From a virus (lineage: Duplodnaviria > Caudoviricetes), in IMG/VR virus record IMGVR_UViG_3300017754_002058, positions 2,227 to 66,226 of that record: 64,000 nt of DNA; one strand, given 5' to 3'. The notes beneath the pieces were generated by a model. The model was not told the DNA's origin. It saw only the letters and a list, made by a program, of their open reading frames with translations, and made no database searches. The position numbers and the translations under genes were made by a program. Of the stretch, positions 62,924 to 64,000 are shown piece after piece; within the stretch, counting starts at the first letter, position 1; each line of letters begins with the position of its first letter.

Positions 62924-63640
62924 TTATTCTCCTACTTCGGAATATATTTTTCCGCCCTTAGCTTGGTGCGGCTTTTCCACTTTGTAGTTTTGCATCACCC
63001 TCTCCTCTACTCTAAGCCCTAAAGTGGTGTAAGCAACAAACTCGCTTACTTCTTGCTCTAGTGTCTTGCTCTTATCGTTCTCCAGCATTCGTTTCTTACA
63101 CTCCTCAATTTGTTTTCGTATGTCTTCAATAGCCTTTTGTCTTGCTACTTGCTTCGTGGGGTCTTCGGGCAACTTCATACTCAATACCTCCTCCAAGTCC
63201 TCTTGCGACTTTAGCATAATAGCCCAATCGCTTGAACACTGCAATGTTAGAAAAGCGGCTATCTTTTTTAAGATTAATCGGTTCTTGTTCGCCAACATAT
63301 CGCTTACGTTCCTATCGTACTTATTCTCTTTGTTAGGTGCAATATTAAGCATTTCCATTATCTTAGTCTTTCGCTTTCCTATCTTTGGATAACTGTCGAT
63401 ATAACTACTTCCTAGCGCGTACATCATTATAATATACCGCATTACTACCTCGTTATCCAGCCCATCTAAAGTTACTAGACGCACCTCTTTGCTTGTCTCC
63501 CCATCTTCACCCACTATTTCTACCTCTAATTCCATTTCGGTAGCCGTAAAAACTTCTAGTGAGCTTAGTTCTGCGTGGGCGGTAAATACGGACTCGCTAC
63601 CAAGTCTGTACTTACCAACCGTTTCAATTTTCTTCTTCAT
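62924..63640 (-). CDS. Helical protein upstream of TerL (possible small terminase)
   Basis: 238 aa; call from position only. Confidence 0.4.
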   Translation of the reverse strand: MKKKIETVGKYRLGSESVFTAHAELSSLEVFTATEMELEVEIVGEDGETSKEVRLVTLDGLDNEVVMRYIIMMYALGSSYIDSYPKIGKRKTKIMEMLNIAPNKENKYDRNVSDMLANKNRLILKKIAAFLTLQCSSDWAIMLKSQEDLEEVLSMKLPEDPTKQVARQKAIEDIRKQIEECKKRMLENDKSKTLEQEVSEFVAYTTLGLRVEERVMQNYKVEKPHQAKGGKIYSEVGE

Positions 63641-64000
63641 CTTTTGTTTGTTTTGCTAAAATATCCGCGCTTCTAAAGTAATAGAACTCATCTAGTTCAC
63701 TACGATAGTCGTCCTCCAACTTCCCCGCCACTCCACCGTTTGAGTCTATTTTGACGGTATCTCCTACTTCGCATCGGATAATTTGTCTACCACTAGCATA
63801 TTTACCGTGAAAACTTGGCACGTACACAACCTTAAATCTATCGGGCGGTGGTTCGGATAAACTTGAAACGCTTAAGTCGATTATACTGCTTTTCACCGCT
63901 TCGGTCTTTACCGCAATACACCTATCGTTTAAAGCTATCATTTCGTCACCTCTTTTCGCTAAATAGATTTCGGGGTATGGAATGATGATATATTCTTTGC
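63624..64000 (-). CDS. groES: Tandem GroES-like protein (copy 3), 5-prime end outside the window
   Basis: The frame stays open to the window edge (KEYIIIPYPEIYLAKRGDE-MIALNDRCIAVK...CEVGDTVKI...YFRSADILA), i.e. the end of one GroES domain followed by a second. Confidence 0.6.
   Translation of the reverse strand, partial: KEYIIIPYPEIYLAKRGDEMIALNDRCIAVKTEAVKSSIIDLSVSSLSEPPPDRFKVVYVPSFHGKYASGRQIIRCEVGDTVKIDSNGGVAGKLEDDYRSELDEFYYFRSADILAKQTKDEEEN

Noticed and set aside
1-64000. Stop-codon reassignment, as in some crAss-like phages
   Set aside because: Long genes are uninterrupted in the standard code, and TAA, TAG and TGA all end ORFs; no suppressor tRNA
1-64000. Integrase, CI-like repressor, DNA polymerase, reverse transcriptase/DGR
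   Set aside because: No diagnostic motifs seen in the window; they may lie outside it

Overview
The window is most of the genome of a tailed dsDNA phage of a Bacteroidetes host. Host evidence: repeated TTG-N19-21-TAnnTTTG promoters, A-rich translation starts without Shine-Dalgarno sequences, and a BT4734-type primase. There are three blocks. (1) 14-11008, minus strand: replication and nucleotide functions, including a RyR-domain protein, GroES-like protein, degenerate HD protein, AEP primase-SF4 helicase fusion, lambda-O-like initiator with internal 21-bp repeats, PAPS-reductase-like protein, metallophosphoesterase, NinB-like and RepL-like proteins. (2) 11981-23438, plus strand, after a ~1 kb divergent non-coding region: small early genes (micro-lipoprotein, Ocr-like acidic protein), then ERF, a second GroES, YopX, spanin-like pair and a GT-A glycosyltransferase. 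(3) 23435-64000, minus strand: lysis cassette, two giant polyvalent/ejection proteins flanking a ferritin, and a podovirus tail, capsid, portal, terminase and tandem-GroES module in a crAss-like gene order. I saw no virion RNA polymerase motif, DNA polymerase, integrase, canonical tRNA or CRISPR array. The most unusual signals are non-coding: a ~150-nt tRNA-like, possibly pseudoknotted RNA at 5561-5714; a switchable attenuator ahead of the replication initiator; and two short late-region transcription units with seeds antisense to early-gene start regions. All family calls come from manual motif recognition; no searches were run.
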